NCBI GenBank assembly: GCA_045611685.1
Contig: JAZKXO010000079.1
Coordinates: 68,551-132,550 of the forward strand
DNA: 64,000 nucleotides
Direction of reading: 5' to 3'
From: Eubacteriales bacterium
GTDB lineage: Bacteria; Bacillota; Clostridia; Oscillospirales; CAG-272
The notes beneath the pieces were generated by a model. The model saw nothing but the letters and a program-made list of their open reading frames with translations, was not told the DNA's origin and searched no databases. The position numbers were made by a program, and so were the translations under genes. This document shows, one piece after another, positions 8,267 to 18,266 of this stretch (position 1 is the stretch's first letter; every line of letters starts with the position of its first letter).

Positions 8267-9235
8267 TCAGATAAGTCCGAGTGTTTTCAAAACAAAGACA
8301 CCGAGGAATATGGTAAAGACACACATTCCCGTGGTCAGAAGCAAAATCTGCCCTGCCAGTTCATGGTCGCTGCCCATGTTTTTCGCCATTATGTAACTGG
8401 AAACCGCCGTGGGCGTACCGAACATAATGAGAACCGTACCGAGCGGCGCACCGCGCAAACCGATAAGTGCGGCAATGACACACATGATGCCCGGCATAAG
8501 GACTGTTTTCGCCAGAGAGCCGGTAATCGCGTAAGCGAATCTGCCGCGAAAGCTTTTAAGTGAGAAAGTCGCACCCAAGCTGATCAGCGAAAGCGGTGTG
8601 GTAAGACCGCTCAGATAACTGATGGTTTTGGTAGCTGCCGTAGGAAGCTCCCAATCGGTCAGCATAAACGGGATGCCGAGCACAACGCCGATGATGAGCG
8701 GATTGGTAATGATGCTCTTACCGATTCTCTTGAGCGTTTGAAGGACAGTCAGATGCTTTTCGCTCGGAGCAAACACCGAGAGAACGATCACGGAATAGCT
8801 GTTATACATAAGGATTACAATCGGCATCAAAAAAGCAACCAACGTGGAGCCTTCATGCCCGAACATACCGCTCAGAAGCGGAACGCCGAGAATCGCGAAA
8901 TTCGAGCGGCAGATGCCCTGCGCCATAGCACCGCGTTTCCCGTTGTCCTTCGTCACAAAGATCATGATAAAGGAGAGGATAATGAAAGACACGGTAACGG
9001 AGATAACTGAGAACAGAACAAGCTTTACGCTCAGAAATTCAGAAATGGACGCGCCTGACACTTCCAAAAACAGCATACAGGGGAGACCGACCTTGAACAC
9101 CAGCTTATCCGCTATATCGGAAAAAGAGTCCTTCAAAAAACCGATTCTCTTAAGAAAGGTGCCCAAAAGGAGCAACAGAAAAATCGGAAGAATTACGTTT
9201 ACGCTATATATAAAGTTTGATAAAAATGCATCCAT
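8267..9235 (-). CDS. AEC (auxin efflux carrier) family transporter
   Basis: Polytopic membrane protein with N-terminus MDAFLSNFIYSVNVILPIFLLLLLGTFLKRIGFL typical of the AEC family. ATG 9235 is preferred over the TTG at 9286. Confidence 0.8.
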   Translation of the reverse strand: MDAFLSNFIYSVNVILPIFLLLLLGTFLKRIGFLKDSFSDIADKLVFKVGLPCMLFLEVSGASISEFLSVKLVLFSVISVTVSFIILSFIMIFVTKDNGKRGAMAQGICRSNFAILGVPLLSGMFGHEGSTLVAFLMPIVILMYNSYSVIVLSVFAPSEKHLTVLQTLKRIGKSIITNPLIIGVVLGIPFMLTDWELPTAATKTISYLSGLTTPLSLISLGATFSLKSFRGRFAYAITGSLAKTVLMPGIMCVIAALIGLRGAPLGTVLIMFGTPTAVSSYIMAKNMGSDHELAGQILLLTTGMCVFTIFLGVFVLKTLGLI

Positions 9236-9349
9236 ACACTCTATCCATCCATGTGCATATTGAGGTCTGTTATTATTATAAATCAAACCGAGAAAAAAAT
9301 CAATGTTTGTTTTACATAAAACGACCGTAAATTCAAATAAGATTCTCCG

Positions 9350-10246
9350 TTATTGTGCGAAATACGTATGTAACCCGTTTGCGATTCCTTCGGCAAAGGT
9401 CTGACGCCATTCTTCGCTGAGCATATTTTCCGCATCGGTCTTGTTCGAAACGAATCCTATCTCTATAAGTACCGAGGGAACATGGCAGGTGCGGATTACG
9501 TAATACGCCGAATCATACGGCATTTCACGGATGATCGTTTTTTTCGAATTCGGCAGCTTTTCGTTGATGCCGTTCATCAACTGCTTTGCCGCCGCGCCGG
9601 AATCACGAACGTGATCCGTGCCGAGGCAGTAATAGATACGCGTTCCCTTGACGGAAGTATCTGCCGTATAGTTGTCGCAGTGAATGGACAGATAAAATTC
9701 AATATCGAGCTCCGACACGTAGGAGATTCTTTCCTGCGGGCGGAACAGATTATTTCCGTCATCGATAGCCGTTTTCGGGAACGTTTGCCCGTCGTGCGTC
9801 AAAATCACGTTGTAGCCAAGCGCCGTCAGCTTCTCTTTTATGAGATTCACAACGGAAAGTGTGATATCCTTCTCCGTAAGATCGCCGAGATATTCGGAAT
9901 CCGTGCCCACGTCGCCAAATCCGTGACCGGGATCGAGGCAAATAGTGAGAACTCCGTCATCAGGGAGGGGAGGATAGTACGGATCGGTCGTGGCGGCTGT
10001 GGTTGAAGGAGGATTCGTCACGGCGGTCGTCTGGGACGTTTCGGAGATTTCCGTCGTTTCGGCTATCGTCTCAGTCGAGGTCTCCGGCGGGATTTCGTAT
10101 TCTTTATCCCGTCCGATTCCGCCCTCATCCGAAGGAAGATCGAGGATAACGGGCTCGGCATCGTTGCAGGATACGGCGGTAAATAAGACACCTGCCGCTA
10201 AAAGCACAATCACACCGAAGCGTAAAAAAATATGTTTTGTTTTCAT
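9350..10246 (-). CDS. N-acetylmuramoyl-L-alanine amidase (Amidase_3) lipoprotein
   Basis: Lipobox LFTAVSC, then a T/E/P-rich linker, then a catalytic domain beginning ICLDPGHGFGDVGT and ending VLIEIGFVSN. Confidence 0.85.
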   Translation of the reverse strand: MKTKHIFLRFGVIVLLAAGVLFTAVSCNDAEPVILDLPSDEGGIGRDKEYEIPPETSTETIAETTEISETSQTTAVTNPPSTTAATTDPYYPPLPDDGVLTICLDPGHGFGDVGTDSEYLGDLTEKDITLSVVNLIKEKLTALGYNVILTHDGQTFPKTAIDDGNNLFRPQERISYVSELDIEFYLSIHCDNYTADTSVKGTRIYYCLGTDHVRDSGAAAKQLMNGINEKLPNSKKTIIREMPYDSAYYVIRTCHVPSVLIEIGFVSNKTDAENMLSEEWRQTFAEGIANGLHTYFAQ

Positions 10247-10253
10247 ACGTCAC

Positions 10254-11504
10254 TCACTCAAAATAGACTGGTAAAAATTCGTCCGAGATAATTGACCGCA
10301 CGTGTTTATAGATCCATTCCAAAGAGAAATCGGGGGAATGCACGAGCGTGCCGTGTGCTTTTGCCAATTCTTCCGTGTAATCGGAGAGCATGTATATCCC
10401 GAGAGAATCGCGGTTCATGCTGTACTGCGTTACGGTCGGATTGAGGATCGGATTCTCGACGGTACACACGCCGTCTTCCATCAAGATATCAAACGTGAGC
10501 ATACCGCCCACCATGTTGTAGGAATAATACTGCGTGGAGAGAAAATTGCCGAGCGAATAGGTGATCAGCGTGCGGGAGCCGTCTTTATTCTCGTGCCACT
10601 CCACCGGCTGGATAATGTGGGAATGATGGCCGAGGATCACGTCCGCGCCGGCTTCGGCCATAACGGCAGCTACGCGTTTTTGTTCTGCCGTAACCTCGTA
10701 CTGCTCACGCCCCCAGTGCGCCGACACGATCACAAAATCGGCGTTCGCCTTGGCGTTTTCGATCTCCGCCTGGATTTTGGCATCGTCGTCCATAAGCGGA
10801 ATCACGATGTTCGTCATATCGGGCGTGCGCCAAAGGATCGACAGATCAAAGAACGAAAGCCACGCGATCCGTATCCCGTTTACCTCAGTTATGCGGAGCG
10901 TGCTGTGATCCTCCTCGTCGAGGTACGCACCGAGCTCCGTTACGGGCAAAGACTGTACATACTCAGCCGTAGCACGGGCACCCGCCACACCCTTATCCAG
11001 AATGTGGTTGTTGGCGAGATTGATAACGTCGAATCCAACATCGACGAGAGCCTGTCCTGCCTCGCGGGGAGAATTGAACGTGGGATACCCGGAGATACCC
11101 TTGTCATTCCCCGCTATGGGCGATTCGTGATTGATAAACGCGATATCCGCCGCGGCGATTTTTTCCGCCACGCCCGCGTACATCGGCACGAAATTATATT
11201 CCTCACCGTCCGATGCACGCTTTTTCGCATCGGTAAAGACAGCCTCGTGGATTATGTTGTCGCCCACCGCAAGAATGGAAACGCGTTTTACGGGGTCGAC
11301 GGGCGGTGCCGTCGTCTCGGTCGTCTCCGTCGTATCTGCCGTCGTTGTATCGGGGGTAGTATCGGACACGCCCTCCGTATCTCTGCCGACGCCGCCCTTT
11401 GAAGGATCGGGAGAACGGAACAACCCGCATCCGCTCATGGCGGCGCAGCACAAAAGCAGTGCAAGAACGAGAGCCGTTCGTTTTGTATTCCGTTTGTACA
11501 TCAT
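10254..11504 (-). CDS. CapA-family (PGA_cap metallophosphatase-like) lipoprotein
   Basis: Lipobox AAMSGCG, then a T/E-rich linker, then ILAVGDNIIHE..., NLANNH and HWG motifs. The start is uncertain (ATG 11504/11501 or GTG 11516). Confidence 0.8.
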   Translation of the reverse strand: MMYKRNTKRTALVLALLLCCAAMSGCGLFRSPDPSKGGVGRDTEGVSDTTPDTTTADTTETTETTAPPVDPVKRVSILAVGDNIIHEAVFTDAKKRASDGEEYNFVPMYAGVAEKIAAADIAFINHESPIAGNDKGISGYPTFNSPREAGQALVDVGFDVINLANNHILDKGVAGARATAEYVQSLPVTELGAYLDEEDHSTLRITEVNGIRIAWLSFFDLSILWRTPDMTNIVIPLMDDDAKIQAEIENAKANADFVIVSAHWGREQYEVTAEQKRVAAVMAEAGADVILGHHSHIIQPVEWHENKDGSRTLITYSLGNFLSTQYYSYNMVGGMLTFDILMEDGVCTVENPILNPTVTQYSMNRDSLGIYMLSDYTEELAKAHGTLVHSPDFSLEWIYKHVRSIISDEFLPVYFE

Positions 11505-11556
11505 AATAATGGGCACAGCGGCATTTCCCCGCTCACCCTATCTCCTTTTGGTTTTA

Positions 11557-12426
11557 TTAGAAGACGGTCGCCGTACGCGGCATGCACATACGAGCGCCTG
11601 CCACGGCAACAGAGAACGCCTCCTCCGCGGTAGCGTAGACGTCGTTATTGATCTTCGTCTTCTCGCCGGCTTCGAGAGCATCAAGACCGACGAACTCACG
11701 AAGATGCGGTTCCATCGTGGCGATAATCTCGCCATCGCGGATGCGGTTCAGAACGGCAAAGATCTCCGGAATCGCACCGGCACCTGTGCCGGCAACCACG
11801 ATCGAGCCGCCTGCCGCACAGTCTTTTATATGCATATAGGTGATATGATCACAAAGAAGGCGGAACGCCTCTGTACAGTCAGCCCCGACCTGCACGAAGT
11901 TTGCGGGATCGAACACACAGCCGAGCCTTCCGGGGAATGCCTTGAGAAGTTCAAGACAGCGCTCCGGTGTGTCACCGTAGATTCCCTTTTCGTTTTCGTG
12001 GCAAAGCTTCATACCGTACTCGTCTGCGATATCGAGCATCTGCCCCATGCGATCGGTGACCTCATCCTTATAAACGGAAACGTCCTTAGAGTCCTTGGGC
12101 ATCAGAAAGCTGAACATACGGATGCGCTCCGCACCAAGAATACGAGCGATCTCACACGTACGGCGCAGTTTCATCTTGTGCGCCTCAAAATCATCCTCGA
12201 GCGTGATCTTACCGATCGGCGAGCCAAGCGCCGAGACACCGATGCCGGCAGCGGTGAGTTTCTCTTTTACCTCCATCGCTTTCTCCGAAGTGAGATCGGA
12301 AATATTGATCCCGTCAATACCGCGGGGCTCGATGAGGCGGATGCCGTTTTGGAGAAGTCCTTTGATCTGCTCCTCAAAAGATTCGGAATACTCGTCTGCA
12401 AAAGCGCTGAAACGGAAGGTTGCCAT
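11557..12426 (-). CDS. sugar phosphate isomerase/epimerase (xylose isomerase-like TIM barrel) family protein
   Basis: 289 aa with RBS AAAGGAGA. Overall resemblance to AP-endonuclease-2/xylose-isomerase-like TIM barrels (...HENE..., ...MHIKD...). Confidence 0.65.
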   Translation of the reverse strand: MATFRFSAFADEYSESFEEQIKGLLQNGIRLIEPRGIDGINISDLTSEKAMEVKEKLTAAGIGVSALGSPIGKITLEDDFEAHKMKLRRTCEIARILGAERIRMFSFLMPKDSKDVSVYKDEVTDRMGQMLDIADEYGMKLCHENEKGIYGDTPERCLELLKAFPGRLGCVFDPANFVQVGADCTEAFRLLCDHITYMHIKDCAAGGSIVVAGTGAGAIPEIFAVLNRIRDGEIIATMEPHLREFVGLDALEAGEKTKINNDVYATAEEAFSVAVAGARMCMPRTATVF

Positions 12427-12492
12427 ATGTGTGTCTCCTTTGTTTTACAAGTAGAGCCCGAAACAACCGATGTCGGCGGTTTCACTCTTAGT

Positions 12493-12521
12493 ATTATACC
12501 AGTAATCTCTGACGTTTGCAA
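12493..12521 (-). promoter_or_regulatory. sigma-A-type promoter for the sugar isomerase gene
   Basis: The minus strand reads TTGCAA, a 17-nt spacer, then TGgTATAAT (extended -10), about 65 nt upstream of the ATG. Confidence 0.6.
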
Positions 12522-12531
12522 CAGTCGGTTT

Positions 12532-14913
12532 TTATTTCAGTTCTACCACCGTAACGCCGTAATCACCCTCACCGTACGCGCCGGCGCGGAACGAACTGAC
12601 GCGGGAATCCGTCTTTAGATGCCCCCAGATCGCGGCGCGAAGCGCACCCGTTCCCTTTCCGTGAATGATCGTTACGGAATGGATTCCGGCGACCGCGGCC
12701 TCATCCAGATATTTGTCCACCATAAACCACGCGTCGTCCCCGATCTGACCGCGTACATCAAGCTCCGGCTTGAACGTGCGGCTGACCATCGCTTTGTACT
12801 GCTTTTGGTTCTTACGATCCCGTTCCGCATCTGTTTCGGCATCCGCCAAAAGACGCAGATCCTTTACATTGGCGCGCGTCTTCACCTGCCCTATGCGAAC
12901 GGATACATTGCCCTTTTTATCGGGATCGTCGACGAGCACGCCCGCCGTACCGAGATTACAGTGACGTACGCGGTCTCCCTTCACCAAGGGACGCGGGAGA
13001 ACGTAGTCGTCATCTTCATCCATAGACGGATCGTACGCGCTGTCCTCATACTGATGGATGCGGGCGCGGATATCCTTTTTCGCCTGCGCCATTTTCTCGG
13101 CAAGCTTTTCGAAATCCCGTTCCTTTTTCAGTTTTTCAAGCTGATCGTAAATATAATTGCTCGTGGCTTTCGCGCTCAGAAGCTGCTGTTCTGCCTGAGC
13201 GCGCATCCGCTCGGCTTCTTTTTCAGCCGTTCCGAGCTTCTGGTTCAGTTTCGCCTCCGCGTTCTTCTTGAAGGATTCGTATTCGCGTCGGAGACGCTCC
13301 GTCTCGCTCTTCTCTTCCTCGAGCCGACGGCGCGTATCCTCGAGCTTTGCGATAACCGCTTCAAAATCACGCGATCCCGTATCAACGAAACGCGCGGCTC
13401 GCTCTACGATCGCCGGGGGGAGTCCCAATTTTTCCGAAATGGCGAATGCGTTTGATTTGCCGGGCGTACCGATCACGAGCCGATACGTGGGCCGAAGCGT
13501 CTCGACGTTGAATTCACAGGATGCGTTCACAACGCCCTCGGTCTCGATGGCGTACGCTTTCAGCTCCGCGTAGTGCGTGGTGGCGGCGCAAAGCGCGCCC
13601 ATACGGCGCACCTCTTCGAGGATCGCCATAGCAAGCGCCGCCCCCTCGACGGGATCGGTGCCCGCGCCGAGCTCGTCAAAAAGCACAAGCGACTCGGGCG
13701 TCATCCGCTCCATAATCGAAACGATCCCCACCATATGCGAGGAGAACGTGGAAAGCGACTGCTCGATGCTCTGCTCGTCTCCGATGTCGGAGAACACGTC
13801 GTCAAACACGCAGACGGAAGAGCCCATATCAGCGGGAATATGAAGGCCCGCCTGTGCCATAAGAGACAATAGGCCGAGCGTTTTGAGCGTAACCGTTTTA
13901 CCGCCCGTGTTAGGGCCGGTGATAACGAGCATCCCGTACTCGCCGCCAAGCGTGATCGTTACGGGAACGACCTTTTTCGGATCGAGCAGCGGATGCCGTG
14001 CGGCGCGGAGAGATACCGCCCGCTTCTCCGTAATCTCGGGCTCGGATGCATCCATCTCGACGGACAAGGCTGCCGCGGCAAACACAAACGCAAGATCGGT
14101 GATGTTGAGATAATTCGTCTCTATATTGTGCGAGATGTCGGCAACGGATGCGGAAAATTCCGCCAGAATCCGCTCGATCTCGTGGGTCTCCTTGCTCTGG
14201 AGCGCACGCAGCTCGTTATTCGCATCCACGACCGCCATAGGCTCAATAAAGAGCGTAGCGCCGGAGGACGAGGTGTCGTGCACCAGGCCTTTCACCTCGC
14301 CCTTATATTCTGCCTTTACCGGCACGACGAATCGGCCGCCGCGGGTGGTAACGATATTTTCCTGTAAATATTTGCCGAACGCACCACCGGTATACTTCTG
14401 CATAAGATCCTTGATCTTACTGTTGACGGCACGCATTTTCCGACGGATCTCGGCAAGCTGGGGGCTTGCCTCGTCTGCAATCATATCCTCGGCAATAATG
14501 GAACGCGTTATGCTTTCTTCAAGCGTACGATTGGGAAGGAGACGGTCAAAGATCTCGTCGAGTACCGTTTCAAAATCCCTCTCCCCGCGGCTGTAATCAA
14601 CGAGAGCACGCGTGCAGTGAAGAAGTGAGGCAATATCCAGCAGTTCCCTTGTTGAAAGCGTAGCGCCTTTTACCGCACGCTCGAGAGAATCTCCCACGTC
14701 CCGAACGCCCGAGAACGGCGGCATACCCTTCACCATAAAAAGGCGTCTGGCGTCCGTCGTGCGTCCAAGGCGGCGGCGGATCTCGACGATATCGTCCGAC
14801 GGGCGCAATTTTTGTGCCATCAGCTTTGCCCCGTCCGTAAGTGCGATTTCGGCAAGATGATGACGGATCTTGTCAAATTCCAGGGTGGTCAGTGTTTTAT
14901 CCTGAAAACTCAT
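12532..14913 (-). CDS. mutS2: endonuclease MutS2 (MutS-family ATPase with C-terminal Smr domain)
   Basis: 793 aa with Walker A GPNTGGKT, a long coiled-coil region, and a C-terminal Smr domain (LDVRG...IIHGKGTGALR). Confidence 0.95.
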   Translation of the reverse strand: MSFQDKTLTTLEFDKIRHHLAEIALTDGAKLMAQKLRPSDDIVEIRRRLGRTTDARRLFMVKGMPPFSGVRDVGDSLERAVKGATLSTRELLDIASLLHCTRALVDYSRGERDFETVLDEIFDRLLPNRTLEESITRSIIAEDMIADEASPQLAEIRRKMRAVNSKIKDLMQKYTGGAFGKYLQENIVTTRGGRFVVPVKAEYKGEVKGLVHDTSSSGATLFIEPMAVVDANNELRALQSKETHEIERILAEFSASVADISHNIETNYLNITDLAFVFAAAALSVEMDASEPEITEKRAVSLRAARHPLLDPKKVVPVTITLGGEYGMLVITGPNTGGKTVTLKTLGLLSLMAQAGLHIPADMGSSVCVFDDVFSDIGDEQSIEQSLSTFSSHMVGIVSIMERMTPESLVLFDELGAGTDPVEGAALAMAILEEVRRMGALCAATTHYAELKAYAIETEGVVNASCEFNVETLRPTYRLVIGTPGKSNAFAISEKLGLPPAIVERAARFVDTGSRDFEAVIAKLEDTRRRLEEEKSETERLRREYESFKKNAEAKLNQKLGTAEKEAERMRAQAEQQLLSAKATSNYIYDQLEKLKKERDFEKLAEKMAQAKKDIRARIHQYEDSAYDPSMDEDDDYVLPRPLVKGDRVRHCNLGTAGVLVDDPDKKGNVSVRIGQVKTRANVKDLRLLADAETDAERDRKNQKQYKAMVSRTFKPELDVRGQIGDDAWFMVDKYLDEAAVAGIHSVTIIHGKGTGALRAAIWGHLKTDSRVSSFRAGAYGEGDYGVTVVELK

Positions 14914-14952
14914 GCGTTTTGATTCCTCCGTTTTTCTGACGGAAAGTGTATG

Positions 14953-15741
14953 TTACAAAAGCGATTTGTAAAAATCCAGTGTATAAAAGCCGTGCTCAAT
15001 ATGGTTGAGCAGATACTTCTCGCACACCCTTGAGAAGATCGGCATGTCCGACGCGGCAAGCGTAAAGGAAAGGAATTTTCCGACAGGCGACTCGACGGTG
15101 TACCGCATCGCCTTCAGCACCGCGGGCGTAAGCCTCAAATAAATATGCGCGGTTCCCTCGTCCACGAGATCGTCCGTGTGGCGTACGTTACGGAGGCAGT
15201 CTCCGCAGAGAAGCCGTCCGTTCATCACGTCAAGCGACAGCTTTGAGACGGATTCGGGATCCGCCCCACACACGTCGCAGGCAGTCAGATTCGGCAAAAA
15301 GCCCTCAATCGCGGCCGAGCGGAGTTCGAACGCCGCTTTCACCTGTGCGAGCGGAATATGTTTGTGATTGGCAAGCGCGTAGAGCGTATTGAGCGTAAGT
15401 CTCATAAGTTCTTCGTCCCCGATTCCCTCCACCGCCATCTCTGCCGCCACGTCGCAAAGATAAGACGCGAGGGAAAGCCGGTCGAGATCTGTCCTGAGCC
15501 CAAAAAAACTCTCGGTAAGCGCGCTGTCGGATATATAGTAATACCCGCGGGATTTACGCAGGATAAAATTGCTGTAGCAAAAAAGCTGCGTTGCGGCCAT
15601 ATGCTTGCTTTTGAGACTGCGCACCGCCTTGCCGGAGATCACGATACGCCCCATCTCCTCGGTGATGACGGTAAGAAGCTTATCGTATTCGCCGACGGGC
15701 GTTTCTCTGACTACAAGGCCGCGGACGGAAATCTGCTCCAT
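14953..15741 (-). CDS. recO: DNA repair protein RecO
   Basis: 262 aa with an N-terminal OB-fold-like segment and a Cys4 finger (CDVCG...CGDC). It sits in the conserved position downstream of era. Confidence 0.9.
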   Translation of the reverse strand: MEQISVRGLVVRETPVGEYDKLLTVITEEMGRIVISGKAVRSLKSKHMAATQLFCYSNFILRKSRGYYYISDSALTESFFGLRTDLDRLSLASYLCDVAAEMAVEGIGDEELMRLTLNTLYALANHKHIPLAQVKAAFELRSAAIEGFLPNLTACDVCGADPESVSKLSLDVMNGRLLCGDCLRNVRHTDDLVDEGTAHIYLRLTPAVLKAMRYTVESPVGKFLSFTLAASDMPIFSRVCEKYLLNHIEHGFYTLDFYKSLL

Positions 15742-15744
15742 CGT

Positions 15745-16668
15745 TTACGTAAGATCCTTCGGATTAAAGCCGAAGTTATTGAGGCTCGTATCGCTGTCGC
15801 GCCACTTCTCTTTCACTTTGACCCAGAGATTCAGATATACCTTCACGCCGAAAAAGGCCTCAAGATCCTCTCTCGCGTGCGTACCGATGCGTTTGAGCGT
15901 CTCGCCCTTCTTACCCACGATGATGCCCTTATGGGACGCCTTTTCGCAGAAAATCTCCGCGCGGATGCTGATGAGCGTTCCCTCATCCTTGAATTCCTCA
16001 ATCACGACGGCCGTACCGTGCGGGATCTCCTCGGTGAGCGTACGGAGAATCTTCTCGCGGATCACCTCCGCCGCGATCTGCCGTTCCGGCTGATCGGTAG
16101 CGATATCCGACGGGAAGAACCACGCGCCCTCGCTGAGATAGCGCTTTGCCTCCTCTAGAACGATCTCCACGTTCTTTCCCTTCTCCGCCGCCGTGGGAAC
16201 GAAGGCATCGAAATCATGAAGCGCCGCGTACTCGGTGATCGTCTCGGCGAGCTTCTCTTTGTTCACAAGATCAATCTTGTTGAGAACGAGAATCGCGGGC
16301 AGTTTCATATCCTTTATGTTCTCTATGATTCGTTTTTCCGTCTCGCCGGCAGGATAGCCCGCCTCGACGATCATGATGACGGCATCCGCGCCGCCGATCG
16401 CGGAGGACACGGATTTCATCATGTACGCACCCAGTTTATTCTTCGGCTTATGGATGCCGGGCGTATCAAGGAATACGAACTGATCCCCGCCTTCGGTCAG
16501 AATACCGGTGATGCGGTTGCGGGTCGTTTGCGGTTTTGAGGATACGATCGCTACCTTCTCCCCGAGCATCGCGTTCATAAGGGTGGATTTGCCCACGTTC
16601 GGGCGGCCAACGATCGCGATAAAAGCGGTGCGTGTGGCTGTGTTATCAATCTTTTTCACTTCGTTCAT
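15745..16668 (-). CDS. era: GTPase Era
   Basis: Has G1 GRPNVGKST, G3 DTPG and G4 NKID, plus a C-terminal KH domain. Confidence 0.95.
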   Translation of the reverse strand: MNEVKKIDNTATRTAFIAIVGRPNVGKSTLMNAMLGEKVAIVSSKPQTTRNRITGILTEGGDQFVFLDTPGIHKPKNKLGAYMMKSVSSAIGGADAVIMIVEAGYPAGETEKRIIENIKDMKLPAILVLNKIDLVNKEKLAETITEYAALHDFDAFVPTAAEKGKNVEIVLEEAKRYLSEGAWFFPSDIATDQPERQIAAEVIREKILRTLTEEIPHGTAVVIEEFKDEGTLISIRAEIFCEKASHKGIIVGKKGETLKRIGTHAREDLEAFFGVKVYLNLWVKVKEKWRDSDTSLNNFGFNPKDLT

Positions 16669-16712
16669 ACTTTCACGCTCTCATTTTCTTTGATTCAAAA
16701 TTTTCTGACGGC

Positions 16713-17177
16713 TCAAAAGCGGATCGTCGAGACGATCTCGCGCTGACGGCGGCACATCTCCTCGTCGTCCGCCTCCGAACGCTCGTGATCGTATCCGAGA
16801 AGATGCAAAACGGAGTGCACCGTAAGAAAAGCGACTTCACGTTTAAATCCGTGTCCGATCTCCTTCGCCTGCGTCCGCGCACGCTCAAGGGACAGAACGA
16901 TATCGCCGAGCTCACAGCGGAAACCGGGAAGAGGTATCTCGCCCGCGGCAAAATCGTACTGTGGAAACGAGAGAACGTCCGTCGCGGCATCCTTTTCGCG
17001 GTACATGTGGTTCAACTCACGTATGCCCTCGTTGTCCGTAAACGTAACGGAGATCTGCGCCGGTTGATGAAATTCTTCATATTCGAGCGCCGCCTGCACC
17101 GCTTTCGTAACGACGAGCGGCACGGAAAGGTTCACACGGCGCACGTTCTTTTTGGAAAACCTGATTTTAACGTCCAT
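16713..17177 (-). CDS. ybeY: rRNA maturation RNase YbeY
   Basis: 154 aa with the HSVLHLLGYDHE zinc-binding motif. Confidence 0.95.
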   Translation of the reverse strand: MDVKIRFSKKNVRRVNLSVPLVVTKAVQAALEYEEFHQPAQISVTFTDNEGIRELNHMYREKDAATDVLSFPQYDFAAGEIPLPGFRCELGDIVLSLERARTQAKEIGHGFKREVAFLTVHSVLHLLGYDHERSEADDEEMCRRQREIVSTIRF

Positions 17178-17196
17178 ATTTTTGTCCTACCGTTTC

Positions 17197-18225
17197 TTAT
17201 TTTCGAGCGGCGCGGAATTTTTTCGTGTCGCTTTGTCTCTCCGCTGTCCGTGTTTTTCTCTCGCGTTCGTAGCGGTCGTACGCCATAATGATTCTCTGCA
17301 CCAAGCGATGGCGAACCACGTCGCGCTCCGTAAATTCGTGCACGGCGATTCCTTCAATACCCGAGAGGATCTTCACGGCAGCAGCAAGTCCGCTCCGTTT
17401 GCCCATCGGCAGATCCGTCTGGGTAAGATCGCCCGTAACGACGATTTTTGAACCGCTTCCGAGACGGGTTAAGAACATCTTCATCTGCTCTTCCGTCGTG
17501 TTCTGTGCTTCGTCGAGGATGATAAACGAATCGTCAAGCGTCCGCCCGCGCATATACGCAAGCGGCGCGATCTCGATCGTCATTTTTTCAATAAGGCGAG
17601 AAACGTTTTCAGCGCCCATCATCTCGTAAAGCGCATCGTAAAGCGGACGGAGATAGGGGTCGATCTTGCTCTGGAGATCGCCCGGCAGAAAGCCGAGCTT
17701 CTCTCCCGCCTCCACGGCGGGACGCGTGAGAATGATCCTGGAGATCTCGTGAGAGCGAAGCGCTTTCACCGCCATCGCTACAGCAAGATACGTTTTACCC
17801 GTTCCGGCAGGGCCGGCACAGATGACGATCGTATTTTTCCTTATTGCTTCCACGTATTTTTTCTGTCCAACCGTTTTTGCCTTCACGGGCTTTCCGCGTG
17901 CGGTAACGAGAAAACAGTCGTCATCCAGTTCGGAGAGCTGCTCAGTCGCCCCCTCGCTTACCATACGGATCACATAATCCACGCTCTGATCGGTCAGCTC
18001 GTCGCCGAGAGCCGCCACCTTTTTAAGATAATCAATCGCCTCGGCACAGCGGCGCACACCGTCTGACTCGCCTTCAAGCATGATGCAGTCGCCGTCGCTC
18101 GCGTCGGCGGTATTGTACATACGGATGCCGAACGATTCTTCAAGGCGACGGGCATGAGAGTCGAATGAGCCAAAGATCCGTCTCGTTATCTCCGAGGAAG
18201 GCGTGAGAATTTTTTTCTGTGTCAT
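17197..18225 (-). CDS. phoH: PhoH-family ATPase
   Basis: 342 aa with Walker A GPAGTGKT and an ILDEAQN Walker B region. Confidence 0.9.
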   Translation of the reverse strand: MTQKKILTPSSEITRRIFGSFDSHARRLEESFGIRMYNTADASDGDCIMLEGESDGVRRCAEAIDYLKKVAALGDELTDQSVDYVIRMVSEGATEQLSELDDDCFLVTARGKPVKAKTVGQKKYVEAIRKNTIVICAGPAGTGKTYLAVAMAVKALRSHEISRIILTRPAVEAGEKLGFLPGDLQSKIDPYLRPLYDALYEMMGAENVSRLIEKMTIEIAPLAYMRGRTLDDSFIILDEAQNTTEEQMKMFLTRLGSGSKIVVTGDLTQTDLPMGKRSGLAAAVKILSGIEGIAVHEFTERDVVRHRLVQRIIMAYDRYERERKTRTAERQSDTKKFRAARK

Positions 18226-18266
18226 GTGATTCCTTCCGTATCAAAATCAAAATTCAAAAAGCGGTA

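Noticed and set aside
11131-12618. Very long plus-strand ORFs lie antisense to housekeeping genes. Examples are 11131-12618 (495 aa), 49155-50687 (510 aa), 29253-30653 (466 aa), 26235-27506 (423 aa), 6953-8110, 47148-48302 and 43316-44299.
   Set aside because: Each mirrors a confidently identified minus-strand gene. Their products are low-complexity and R/H/V-rich, they lack RBSs, and some span intergenic gaps. This is the usual antisense-frame artefact in GC-richer coding DNA.
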